Assembly (NCBI GenBank): GCA_034669125.1
Contig: JAXDOA010000018.1
Location: 1 to 27,291 of the forward strand
Direction of reading: 5' to 3'
Length of the DNA: 27,291 nt
Source of the DNA: Hyphomicrobiales bacterium
GTDB taxonomy: Bacteria; Pseudomonadota; Alphaproteobacteria; Rhizobiales; Xanthobacteraceae
In this document: one piece after another, positions 1-8,860 of the stretch
Layout: every line of letters begins with the position of its first letter
Numbering within the stretch: the first letter of the stretch is position 1
Position numbers and translations under genes: made by a program
The notes under the pieces: generated by a model
Seen by the model: the letters and a program-made list of their open reading frames with translations, nothing else
Told to the model about the DNA's origin: nothing
Database searches by the model: none

Positions 1-861
<861 letters not shown>

Positions 862-873
862 CTTTCTTTCTTA

Positions 874-997
874 CCCTCCCCCTTGTGGGGAGGGTCGGAC
901 CGCCGCAGGCGGTCCGGGGTGGGGGTCCGCATGTGACGCGCTGCTGCGTCACACAACAACCACCCCCCTCCCCACCCTCCCCCACAAGGGGGGAGGG
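874..997. repeat. Nested palindromic REP/RIME-like element between atpD and atpC
   Basis: Outer imperfect inverted repeat CCCTCCCCCTTGTGGGGAGGGT (874-895) / ACCCTCCCCCACAAGGGGGGAGGG (974-997). Inner hairpins GGACCGCC-gca-GGCGGTCC (897-915) and TGTGACGC-6nt-GCGTCACA (932-953). Confidence 0.9.
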
Positions 998-1021
998 AGT
1001 GAGAGACCGGAGCAAGACATC

Positions 1022-1432
1022 ATGGCCACCTTCCACTTCGATCTCGTCTCTCCCGAAAAGCTCCTGTTCTCCGGCGCGGTCGATCAGGTCGACGTGCCGG
1101 GCACCGAGGGCGATTTCGGCGTGCTCGCCGGCCACGCGCCGACGGTGTCGGCGCTGCGGCCCGGCATCATGACGGTGTTCGTCGGCGGCAACGCGCAGCG
1201 CATGGTCGTGCTCGGCGGCTTCGCCGAGGTTTCGGCCGACGGCAAGCTGACCGTGCTCGCCGATCTCGCGGACTCGGTGGAAGACTTCGACCGCGCCGTG
1301 CTCTCCGAGCGCATCGCCGCGCAGGAAGAGAAGGTCAAGGAGCTCACAGGCTCCGCGCTCGACAAGGCGATCGAGCGGCTCGATCAGTTCCGGCAGGTCG
1401 ACAGCCACCTGCAGGGCACGGCGCTGCATTGA
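1022..1432 (+). CDS. atpC: F1 ATP synthase epsilon subunit
   Basis: [13 protein letters not shown]...[16 protein letters not shown]-terminal domain plus C-terminal helical hairpin. GGAG upstream of the ATG; follows atpD. Confidence 0.98.
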   Translation: MATFHFDLVSPEKLLFSGAVDQVDVPGTEGDFGVLAGHAPTVSALRPGIMTVFVGGNAQRMVVLGGFAEVSADGKLTVLADLADSVEDFDRAVLSERIAAQEEKVKELTGSALDKAIERLDQFRQVDSHLQGTALH

Positions 1433-1444
1433 GGCGGTTGGCTG

Positions 1445-1516
1445 CGTAGCCCGGATGAAGCGAAGCGAAATCCGGGAAACCGGCCCCGCATTGCGCTGCG
1501 CTCCATGCGGGCTACG
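1445..1516. repeat. REP-like palindrome downstream of atpC
   Basis: Terminal inverted repeat CGTAGCCCG / CGGGCTACG. Internal CCGGAT..GCGAAGC..ATCCGG and CCGCAT..GCTGCGC..ATGCGG hairpin halves. Confidence 0.85.
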
Positions 1517-1591
1517 CGCCGTCCCCTCCGCAACCAGCGATTAACCGTTTGGGCCGACTCTGTCGCCACGCACCAAAGGTGAGCGGCGATC

Positions 1592-2509
1592 ATGCGTCGG
1601 CTACGGTCCATATGCTTCGCCGCGCTCTCGTGCGCGACTCTCGCTACCGGTTCGGCGGCGGCCGCTGATTGCCGGCAGAGCGCGGTCGAAAGATTGCGCG
1701 CCTCGGCGCCTGAGGGCTTCGCCGTCTACCAGAAGATCGCGGACAAGACGTTCTTTCTCAACTGGATCAGCTGCGACGAGGCGCAGCTCGGCCTGCCGAC
1801 GGCGGTGCACGAATCCGTGCACTACCTCACGGCCGAGACCGATGCGTTTCCGCTCCTCAACGGCGGCCAGTTGAAGCGGCCTAATGAAGTCTCGGCATTC
1901 TTTGCGCCGTCGCTCATCGCAGGAAAATTCAAGGCGAACGATTTCGTGACGACGTACCTGCGGCCGGGCCGTGCCAGCTCATCGGCCGATTTCCTCTATC
2001 TGCTCGACGAGCTCAATGCCTACACGCACGATCTCAACACCGCCGTTGCGTTGAACCGTGCGCCCGGCCCCGCCGAACAGGGCGATGAGGTCGACCATCG
2101 CGATGGGCTCGCGGCGCTGATGGCGTTCGTCGCGCTCTATGCCGAGCGGGCGGAGGAGAGCGAACCCGCGACCTGGAGCGGCTTGCTTGCGCCGCGCGTC
2201 GCAAAGACCGTCTCGGAGCTGTGGGGACGCGCCGAAACCGTGATGGCGTCCTCGTGCGGCATTTCGAATTTCGGCACTCAGGATAAAAGGTTCATCCGGC
2301 AGTTCTGCCAGCGCGGGCCGCAGGCGAGCTTGCAGAAAATCCTCGGGCGCGCGCCGGTCTGCCCGGCCGCGTGTCTGACGTCCACGCCGGTTGCGCGCGA
2401 TGGCAGGCCGCCGGTGGACACGATGCCGACCGGCAGCGTGCGTGAGCCCCCGCTTCGTCCGTTCTGGAGCCGCGGCGTCAGCCGCAACCCGCCGTCAGAG
2501 CATCAGTAG
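1592..2509 (+). CDS. Secreted hypothetical protein with HExxH motif (putative zinc metallopeptidase-like)
   Basis: 305 aa with a signal-peptide-like N-terminus (MRRLRSICFAALSCATLATGSAAA-A). HESVH at residues 73-77, a downstream LDELNAY helix and several Cys. GGTGAG upstream of the ATG. Confidence 0.8.
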   Translation: MRRLRSICFAALSCATLATGSAAAADCRQSAVERLRASAPEGFAVYQKIADKTFFLNWISCDEAQLGLPTAVHESVHYLTAETDAFPLLNGGQLKRPNEVSAFFAPSLIAGKFKANDFVTTYLRPGRASSSADFLYLLDELNAYTHDLNTAVALNRAPGPAEQGDEVDHRDGLAALMAFVALYAERAEESEPATWSGLLAPRVAKTVSELWGRAETVMASSCGISNFGTQDKRFIRQFCQRGPQASLQKILGRAPVCPAACLTSTPVARDGRPPVDTMPTGSVREPPLRPFWSRGVSRNPPSEHQ

Positions 2510-2901
2510 CCGCAACCGCACTGCGGCCGCAGATAGACGACGCTGCTGGTCACGTGCTTCACGGGTGGCAGCCATTGCGTCACGTGGCGATGCACCGGGT
2601 AGGGCACGCCGACGAGCCGGGTGTGCACGCGCGTCACCTTGTGAACATGGACCACCGGCTGGATCCGGGTCACATGGATGATCGGCTTGATGCGCTTCAC
2701 GTATTTGGTGCGATGCACGTCACGATACTTCGTGATGTGCTTGTGTACCGTCTTGGTCTTATGCGTGTACGACGGCGGGAACGGGCCGCAATTCGCGCAA
2801 CCGTGGCCGCGACGATGACCCGCGTTTGCGTCGGTCGCGGAGCCGACAAGAGCCGACGCCGCGATCAGGGCTCCGGACAGCGCAGTGACAAGTTTCAACA
2901 T
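2503..2901 (-). CDS. Secreted His/Val/Thr/Lys-rich hypothetical protein (132 aa)
   Basis: The ATG at 2901 is preceded by GGGGAAG. Signal peptide ends ANA-G. The mature region carries CxxC and CxC at its ends and 13 His. Confidence 0.8.
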   Translation of the reverse strand: MLKLVTALSGALIAASALVGSATDANAGHRRGHGCANCGPFPPSYTHKTKTVHKHITKYRDVHRTKYVKRIKPIIHVTRIQPVVHVHKVTRVHTRLVGVPYPVHRHVTQWLPPVKHVTSSVVYLRPQCGCGY

Positions 2902-3013
2902 GGTACTTCCCCACTTACTCGGGTGCCGCAACTTATGCTGGAAGCTGGTATTTCGAGAAGCAACACCGTCGAGTGCGGTTAATGCCCGGTGTGATATTTT
3001 TGCAGCAATGCGC

Positions 3014-3139
3014 GGTCCTCATCCTGAGGAGGCCGCCAACGGGTCCGCGCAAAGCGCGGCCCGATGATAAACTCCGCGGGCCATAAGCGCGGTTACGCGC
3101 GTCTTCGACGCGCTATGGGCCCTCCTCAGGATGAGGACC
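3014..3139. repeat. Composite palindromic element with perfect 19-bp terminal inverted repeats
   Basis: GGTCCTCATCCTGAGGAGG (3014-3032) / CCTCCTCAGGATGAGGACC (3121-3139). Two internal hairpin modules (3041-3075 and 3082-3117). Confidence 0.92.
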
Positions 3140-3638
3140 TGTTAGTAAACCTCGCAAATTCCCGCGCCACGGCGGCATAGACCTCGCGCCGGAAGGGCAC
3201 CACGAGTTCGGGCACGCGCGCGAGCTTCTCCCAGCGCCATGCGTCGAACTCGGGCTCCTGGCCGTTGCGCGTGTCCGCCACCACGATTTCGCGTTCGTCG
3301 CCGGTGAAGCGATAGGCGAACCACTTCTGGCGCTGGCCGCGAAACACGGCGAGCCGATGCGGCGGGCCGTCGTAGGGGGGAAACTCGTACGTGAGCCAGT
3401 CCGGCGTCTCGCCGAGATAGTCCACGCTCGTCACGCCGGTCTCTTCGTAAAGCTCGCGCACCGCGGCCGGGCGCGGGTCCTCGTCGGCGTCGATGCCGCC
3501 CTGCGGCATCTGCCACTCGAAACCGGGCAGGATGATTTCCGGCCCGTCGTCCTTGAAGCGCTTGGCGATCAGCACGCGGCCCGCCGCATTGAACAACGCG
3601 ACGCCGACGTTGGGGCGGTAGGGTTTGTCGGTGCCCAT
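3126..3638 (-). CDS. RNA pyrophosphohydrolase RppH-like Nudix hydrolase, second paralog (170 aa)
   Basis: [16 protein letters not shown], intact Nudix box GIDADEDPRPAAVRELYEETGV, GQRQKW, EFDAWRW, VVPFRR. The ATG at 3638 overlaps the GNAT stop (TGATG). Confidence 0.93.
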   Translation of the reverse strand: MGTDKPYRPNVGVALFNAAGRVLIAKRFKDDGPEIILPGFEWQMPQGGIDADEDPRPAAVRELYEETGVTSVDYLGETPDWLTYEFPPYDGPPHRLAVFRGQRQKWFAYRFTGDEREIVVADTRNGQEPEFDAWRWEKLARVPELVVPFRREVYAAVAREFARFTNRSSS

Positions 3639-4147
3639 CAAAGCCCGTTCCCGAGATCGAGCGCCATCAACTCGTCGTCGTGATCGACACCTTGATGACG
3701 CAGCGCGCGCTTCTCGATTCCATACGAGACGAAACCGAAGCGGCTGTAGAGCGCCTTGGCGGCGCTGTTCGCCCGCAGCAGGGTGAGCTGCACCACGGCG
3801 ACGCGCGTGCGCGCATGCTCGATCACGGCGCTCAGCAGTGCACAGCCGACACCACGCCGATGCAGCGACGGTGCGACATACATTCCCCAAAGCTCTGACT
3901 TGTGTCGTTGCTTTATCCCGGGCCACACGTGCAGCCCCGCGCTCCCTGACAGCGTGCCGCCCGCAAACGCGCCAAACAGGACGCTCGGGCCGTCCGGCGG
4001 CGGAATGCGTGCCGACAGGTCCTGCTCCAGCGCCTCCTCGTAGGCACTCGCGAACGCCGTCGGATACCTGCGCAGCGCTTCAAGCCGCAACTCGCGCCAT
4101 TGCGCGGCGTCCGCGAAGCTCAGCGGGCGAATGATAATGTCCGTCAT
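3638..4147 (-). CDS. GNAT family N-acetyltransferase (169 aa)
   Basis: [18 protein letters not shown] acetyl-CoA motif A and [13 protein letters not shown] motif B. The ATG at 4147 overlaps the rppH stop (ATGA). Confidence 0.93.
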   Translation of the reverse strand: MTDIIIRPLSFADAAQWRELRLEALRRYPTAFASAYEEALEQDLSARIPPPDGPSVLFGAFAGGTLSGSAGLHVWPGIKQRHKSELWGMYVAPSLHRRGVGCALLSAVIEHARTRVAVVQLTLLRANSAAKALYSRFGFVSYGIEKRALRHQGVDHDDELMALDLGNGL

Positions 4148-4644
4148 TTCACCAGATGCGCAAACGCATCCACGACACGCTGGTACACCTCGCGCTTGAA
4201 CGGAATCACCAGATCGGGAAGGTTGCGCATCGGCTCCCAGCGCCACTCGACGAATTCGGGCTCATGGCCGCCGGCAGGCTCCAGAATATTGATCTCGCTC
4301 TCCTCGCCGGTGAAGGCGAGCGCGTACCACTTCTGCGTCTGCCCGCGATAACGCCCCTTCCAGGCGTGCTTCGCCACGTCCGGCGGCAGGTCGTAATCGA
4401 GCCACTCGGGAATTTCGGCGAGCTTCTTCACCGACGTGATGCTGGTCTCTTCGGCCAGCTCGCGCAGCGCCGCCGGCCACGGGTCCTCGCCCGGATCGAT
4501 GCCCCCCTGCGGCATCTGCCACACATGGGTGAGATCGACGTGCTCCGGCCCCTCGGTGCGCCGGCCGATGAACACAAGCCCCTCGCGGTTGAGCACCATG
4601 GTGCCGACGCAAGGACGATAGGGGAGGGAGGCGTGTTTGGACAT
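4144..4644 (-). CDS. rppH: RNA pyrophosphohydrolase (Nudix)
   Basis: [50 protein letters not shown]. Usual position after the divergent polysaccharide deacetylase gene. GGAG lies 7 nt before the ATG at 4644. Confidence 0.95.
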   Translation of the reverse strand: MSKHASLPYRPCVGTMVLNREGLVFIGRRTEGPEHVDLTHVWQMPQGGIDPGEDPWPAALRELAEETSITSVKKLAEIPEWLDYDLPPDVAKHAWKGRYRGQTQKWYALAFTGEESEINILEPAGGHEPEFVEWRWEPMRNLPDLVIPFKREVYQRVVDAFAHLVK

Positions 4645-4654
4645 GCTCAAACTC

Positions 4655-4745
4655 CGTCATGCCCGGGCTTGACCCGCGCATCCACGTCTTTCTTGTCACA
4701 TTGCTTCTAAAGACGTGGATGGCCGGGACAAGCCCGGCCATGACG
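4655..4745. repeat. REP-like palindrome (CGTCATG...GGCTTG..CCC...ATCCACGTC type)
   Basis: Imperfect inverted repeat CGTCATGCCCGGGCTTGACCCGCGCATCCACGTCTT / AAGACGTGGATGGCCGGGACAAGCCCGGCCATGACG around an AT-rich loop. It translates to the familiar spurious MAGLVPAIHVF peptide. Confidence 0.92.
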
Positions 4746-4763
4746 AAAATTGCGACCAGCGCC

Positions 4764-6005
4764 TTAGCTGCCCGTCTTCGCCCTGTTCGCCACCATGCTC
4801 ACCGGCACCAGCATGACGCCGCGTGCTTCCGCGGCCTTGGCCCATTGCGCGATGCGCTCGATCGTCACGGGAAGCGCGCTCGCGGCGCCGATTGCCAGCC
4901 CACGGCTGCGTGCGGTCGCCTCAAGGCGTGCGAGAGCGTTGTCGATCTCGGCGGCCGTGGGCACGGCGTCGAGCACCGCATCGGCCTTGGCGAACGAAAC
5001 GTTCGCAGCGCCGGAAATCTGCCCGGCGACACTGCGCGGCGAGGTGCCGTCGTCGAACCAGATCAGCCCGCGCTTGCCGGCTTCGCGGATGACGGGGCTG
5101 AGCGCGGAATCGGTCGCGGTGAAACGCGCGCCCATCAGGCTGGTGACGCCGACGTAGCCCTGAAAGCGCGACAGGAACCAGTGCAGACGGTCGATGTTCT
5201 GCTCAGGCGTCAGCGATGCGAGCAGCGTCTGCGGACCGGGATCGTTGTCGGGATAATCGAACGGCTCCATGCCGATCTGGAGCAGCACCTCGTGCCCTTC
5301 GCCGCGCGCACGCGCGACCCAGCGCTCCAGATCGGTGCCGTAGGGCGCGAACGCAAACGTCACAGGGGCGGGAAGTTTCGCGAGCGCTTCGGCCGTGCCG
5401 GTCGCCCCGATGCCGAGCCCTTCGATCACGATGGCGACGCGCGGCGCGTCGGCGCGGCCGGCCTGCGGCTTGACGGGGCGCGCATAGATGTCCGCGGGGC
5501 GTGCGCCGTCGGGCGCGATCTTCGGGATCGCACCGTGACGCGAGGTGTCGAGCAGACGCTGATCGATGGAGGCGTCCGGTTTCGCCTCGGGCTTTGCCTC
5601 AGGCCGCGCTTCGGTCTTCAGTTCAGTTTTTTTTTGCGCGGTGGGAATGCCCGGCTGGTCGACACTGACTTCCTGACGTTTTCCGGTCGAGCCATCGATG
5701 ATGGTCACGGTCTTGGCGGCCGGCTTGTCGGCATCGGCAAGTGCGGAGGGCGCGGCATCCGGGTTCGCGGACGGCGCCGCGCGCTCGGCCGTCTTGTTTG
5801 GCTGGGCGCTCACCACCGCCATCGGCTCGCCGCCGAACGGGTCGTTGACGAAGGCAATCCACCCGGCCAGCACGGTGACGCACAGTCCGAGCGCAGCGAC
5901 GATCGCCCGCGTCACCACGGGGACCGGAAGCACGAACGGCTTCTTCTTTTTCGGGCTCTGTCCGAGCGGCTTCTGCAAGTCGTCGGTCGGATCGTCGGTG
6001 GACAC
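4764..6005 (-). CDS. Divergent polysaccharide deacetylase family protein (YibQ/DUF610-like), membrane-anchored
   Basis: N-terminal TM segment and linker, then PVTFAFAPYG, GHEVLLQIGMEPFDYPDNDPGP and GYVGV..MGARF. GTG start with GGAG upstream; follows ctpA as usual. Confidence 0.93.
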   Translation of the reverse strand: MSTDDPTDDLQKPLGQSPKKKKPFVLPVPVVTRAIVAALGLCVTVLAGWIAFVNDPFGGEPMAVVSAQPNKTAERAAPSANPDAAPSALADADKPAAKTVTIIDGSTGKRQEVSVDQPGIPTAQKKTELKTEARPEAKPEAKPDASIDQRLLDTSRHGAIPKIAPDGARPADIYARPVKPQAGRADAPRVAIVIEGLGIGATGTAEALAKLPAPVTFAFAPYGTDLERWVARARGEGHEVLLQIGMEPFDYPDNDPGPQTLLASLTPEQNIDRLHWFLSRFQGYVGVTSLMGARFTATDSALSPVIREAGKRGLIWFDDGTSPRSVAGQISGAANVSFAKADAVLDAVPTAAEIDNALARLEATARSRGLAIGAASALPVTIERIAQWAKAAEARGVMLVPVSMVANRAKTGS

Positions 6006-6033
6006 GAACGGCTCCGCGGCTGCTGATCCGCAA

Positions 6034-6065
6034 ACCTTAAGCCGCAGGCGTTAACCGAACGTTTA
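6034..6065 (-). promoter_or_regulatory. Candidate CtrA-type box and -10 element for the polysaccharide deacetylase gene
   Basis: Minus strand TAAA-cgttcgg-TTAA (6065-6051), a 7/8 match to TTAA-N7-TTAA. TAAGGT (6039-6034) fits TAnnnT. Confidence 0.5.
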
Positions 6066-6083
6066 CCGTGTTCAACGCGCCGC

Positions 6084-6116
6084 AAAACAAACGGGGCGGC
6101 CCGAAGGCCGCCCCGT
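6084..6116 (-). terminator. Intrinsic terminator after ctpA
   Basis: Stem ACGGGGCGGC / GCCGCCCCGT with a 6-nt loop, followed on the minus strand by TTGTTTT. It begins 23 nt after the ctpA stop. Confidence 0.85.
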
Positions 6117-6139
6117 CAATCGATGCAGCGGTTGCTATT

Positions 6140-7483
6140 TTACTGCTGCGGCGCCTGCGCCGCCTTGGTGTTCGGCGGGAAGGCCGGATTGGTCTTGGTG
6201 CCGCGCAGAAGCTCCAGCGCCATGTTGAGCGCCTTGTCGTTCTTCACATCCGTCGGAATGTAGGACTGCGAGCCGGTCTGCTCCTCGCCTTCCTGCGCCT
6301 TCAAGTGTCCGCGCAGCGAGGACTCGCCCTTGGTGTCGGAACGCGCCTTGAGGTCATCCGGCACGTCCTGGAGCACCTCGATGTCCGGAACGATGCCCTT
6401 GGCCTGGATCGACTTGCCCGACGGCGTGTAATAGCGCGCCGTGGTCAGCCGCAGCGCGCCGTTGTTGTTGCCGAGCGGGATGATGGTCTGCACCGATCCC
6501 TTGCCGAACGAGCGCGTGCCGAGCACGGCCGAGCGCTTGTGGTCCTGCAGCGCGCCGGCGACGATCTCGGACGCCGAGGCCGAGCCGCCGTTGATCAGCA
6601 CGATCACGGGCTTGCCCTTGGTGAGGTCGCCCGCGCGCGCCGAATAGCGCTGGGTCTCTTCCGCGTTGCGGCCGCGCGTCGAGACGATCTCGCCGCGCTC
6701 CAGGAACGCATCGGACACGGAGATCGCCTGATCGAGCAAGCCGCCCGGATTGTTGCGCAGGTCGAGCACGTAGCCCTTGAGCTTGTCGTTCGGCACTTGC
6801 GCGATGATGTCGCTGATTGCCTTCTTCAGGCCTTCCGACGTCTGCTCGTTGAACTGGCTGATACGCAGGAAGCCGACATCGTCGCCTTCGATGCGCGAGC
6901 GCACCGAGCGTACGCGAATGACGTCGCGCGTGATCGAGACTTCGATCGGCTTGTCCTGGCCCTTGCGCATGATCTTGAGCCGGATCTTGGTGTTGACCGG
7001 CCCGCGCATCTTCTCGACCGCCTGGTTCAGGGTCAGGCCCTGAACCTGCTCGTCGTCGAGATGGGTGATGACGTCGTTCGCCATCACGCCGGCCTTGGCG
7101 GCGGGCGTGTCGTCGATCGGGGTGACGACCTTCACGAGGCCGTCTTCCATCGTGACCTCGATGCCGAGACCGCCGAATTCGCCGCGCGTCTGCACCTGCA
7201 TGTCGCGGAAGCTTTTCGGGTCCATGTAGCTCGAATGCGGGTCGAGCCCGTTGAGCATGCCGTTGATCGCCTGCTCCACCAGCTTGGCGTCGTCCGGCTT
7301 CTCGACGTAGTCGGCGCGCACGCGCTCGAACACGTCGCCGAACAGATTGAGCTGCCGGTAGGTATCGGCGGCTGCCGCCTTGGCGCTGGCACCGAGGAGG
7401 GCGAGGCGCGGCTGGGTGGCGGCGAGCGTGATGGCCACACCGGCTGCCGCTCCGAGGAGGACCAGAGAAGTCTTGCGTATCAT
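6140..7483 (-). CDS. ctpA: Carboxy-terminal processing protease, S41 family with PDZ domain
   Basis: LDPHSSY, GEFGGLGIEV (PDZ), LDLRNNPGGLL, GSASASEIVAGALQDH (catalytic Ser), SFGKGSVQ (Lys). The ATG at 7483 overlaps the envC stop. Confidence 0.97.
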   Translation of the reverse strand: MIRKTSLVLLGAAAGVAITLAATQPRLALLGASAKAAAADTYRQLNLFGDVFERVRADYVEKPDDAKLVEQAINGMLNGLDPHSSYMDPKSFRDMQVQTRGEFGGLGIEVTMEDGLVKVVTPIDDTPAAKAGVMANDVITHLDDEQVQGLTLNQAVEKMRGPVNTKIRLKIMRKGQDKPIEVSITRDVIRVRSVRSRIEGDDVGFLRISQFNEQTSEGLKKAISDIIAQVPNDKLKGYVLDLRNNPGGLLDQAISVSDAFLERGEIVSTRGRNAEETQRYSARAGDLTKGKPVIVLINGGSASASEIVAGALQDHKRSAVLGTRSFGKGSVQTIIPLGNNNGALRLTTARYYTPSGKSIQAKGIVPDIEVLQDVPDDLKARSDTKGESSLRGHLKAQEGEEQTGSQSYIPTDVKNDKALNMALELLRGTKTNPAFPPNTKAAQAPQQ

Positions 7484-8835
7484 CCGCGAACCTTTTCGCT
7501 GTCGGATGCCCACCATGGGCTGGGATCGACGGGACTGCCGTCTTTTCGGAATTCGATGTACAGGACCGGTTGGCTGGAACCCGTCGCTACGGCCGCGGCC
7601 GATTGTGGCCCACCCCCCATGATCGCCACTGGTTCCCCGGTCAGCACAAACTGGCCAAGATCGACCGAGATTCGCTCCATCCCCGCTAGCAACACATGAT
7701 ACCCGCCGCCGGCGTTCAGGATCAAGAGTTGTCCGTAGGAACGGAATGGTCCCGCGTACACGACCCAGCCGTCGCAGGGCGCCGTGACCTGCGCGCCGGC
7801 CCGGCTCGCGATCGACAGGCCTTTTTCGGTTCCACCCAAGCCGTCCGGTACGCCGAATTCGCGGATTCTGATGCCGTTTAGCGGCAGCGGCAGCGATTTC
7901 CGGGCCGACGCAAAGGCAATCGCCGGAGACAGCCGGCCCGGGTCCTGAAGCGCCGCGAGGCTGTTTTTCGGATCGGTGGCGGGTTTGTCGGCTCGCGCCG
8001 CGGCTGCCGCACGGGCAGCGGAGGCGATCTCCTGCTCGATCTTGCCGATCAGGTCCTTGAGATTGTCGGCCTGCCGGGCCAGTTGCACCGAGCGGGTACG
8101 CTCGGCGTCGAGCGCCTTCTCGGTCTCGGATTGTTTGCGCTGGCGCTCCTGGACGAGCCCGGTCATGCGCGATCTTTCCTGCGTAACTGCGGCGAGATCA
8201 CGGCCGAGCACCTCCCGTTCGGCCGCTATTTCGGTACGTACTTTCACGAGTTCGGCAAGATCGGCGACGAGCGTGTCGACCTCGATCTTCATGTCGGGCA
8301 GCACCGCCCCGAGCAGGATCGCGGTGCGCACCGATTGCAGCGCATCTTCCGGGCTTACCAGCAGCGCGGGCGGGGGATGGCGGCCGACCCGCTGCAGGGC
8401 CGCGAGCACCTCGCCGATCACCGCCTTGCGGCTGGCGAGCGAGCGGCGCACGGTATTCTCATTGTTCCCCAGCGCGTTGAGCCGGGCCTCGGCGGCGGCG
8501 ACGCTCTCCTCGAGCGCGCGGATGTTGGCGGCCGAGCCGATCAGCAGCGCATTGAGCTTGCGGCGGTCCTCGCCGATCGAATCAAGCTCGGCCTTGAGCC
8601 TGGCGGCGAGATCGGCCGCGCGCTTCTGCTCGGCCTGAACTTTCTCCAGTTCCTCCAGCCGTGCGCCCTTGGCGGCTTCCGGCGCAACCGCGGTCGCGGC
8701 AGATGAGGTTGTTGTAGGTGTTGTGGGCGTCGGGGTGATCTGGAGCGGCTGTTGGGCACGTCCCGGCGCTGCGAGCAAAAACAGGCTCGCGCAAAGCGCG
8801 CCGGCACAAAGCCGGCCTGCGGCGGACGGGGTCAT
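7480..8835 (-). CDS. envC: Murein hydrolase activator EnvC family (coiled coil plus degenerate M23/LytM domain)
   Basis: Signal peptide, long coiled coil, then APCDGWVVYAGPFRSYGQLLILNAGGGYHVLLAG and LYIEFRKDG.PVDP. Start chosen at ATG 8835; the track offers TTG 8844. Confidence 0.92.
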   Translation of the reverse strand: MTPSAAGRLCAGALCASLFLLAAPGRAQQPLQITPTPTTPTTTSSAATAVAPEAAKGARLEELEKVQAEQKRAADLAARLKAELDSIGEDRRKLNALLIGSAANIRALEESVAAAEARLNALGNNENTVRRSLASRKAVIGEVLAALQRVGRHPPPALLVSPEDALQSVRTAILLGAVLPDMKIEVDTLVADLAELVKVRTEIAAEREVLGRDLAAVTQERSRMTGLVQERQRKQSETEKALDAERTRSVQLARQADNLKDLIGKIEQEIASAARAAAAARADKPATDPKNSLAALQDPGRLSPAIAFASARKSLPLPLNGIRIREFGVPDGLGGTEKGLSIASRAGAQVTAPCDGWVVYAGPFRSYGQLLILNAGGGYHVLLAGMERISVDLGQFVLTGEPVAIMGGGPQSAAAVATGSSQPVLYIEFRKDGSPVDPSPWWASDSEKVRG

Positions 8836-8860
8836 CGGCCCCAAATAGGCATCAAGTTCA

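Noticed and set aside
887-926. G-quadruplex as the main function of the atpD-atpC element
   Set aside because: The G-runs are complementary to C-runs in the other arm, so duplex hairpin formation explains them more simply. There is no independent support.
4262-4741. ORF starting MAGLVPAIHVF
   Set aside because: This is a translation of the REP-like palindrome running out of frame over rppH, a well-known type of spurious ORF.
6068-7699. 543-aa plus-strand ORF
   Set aside because: Antisense shadow of ctpA, caused by GC-rich codon bias.
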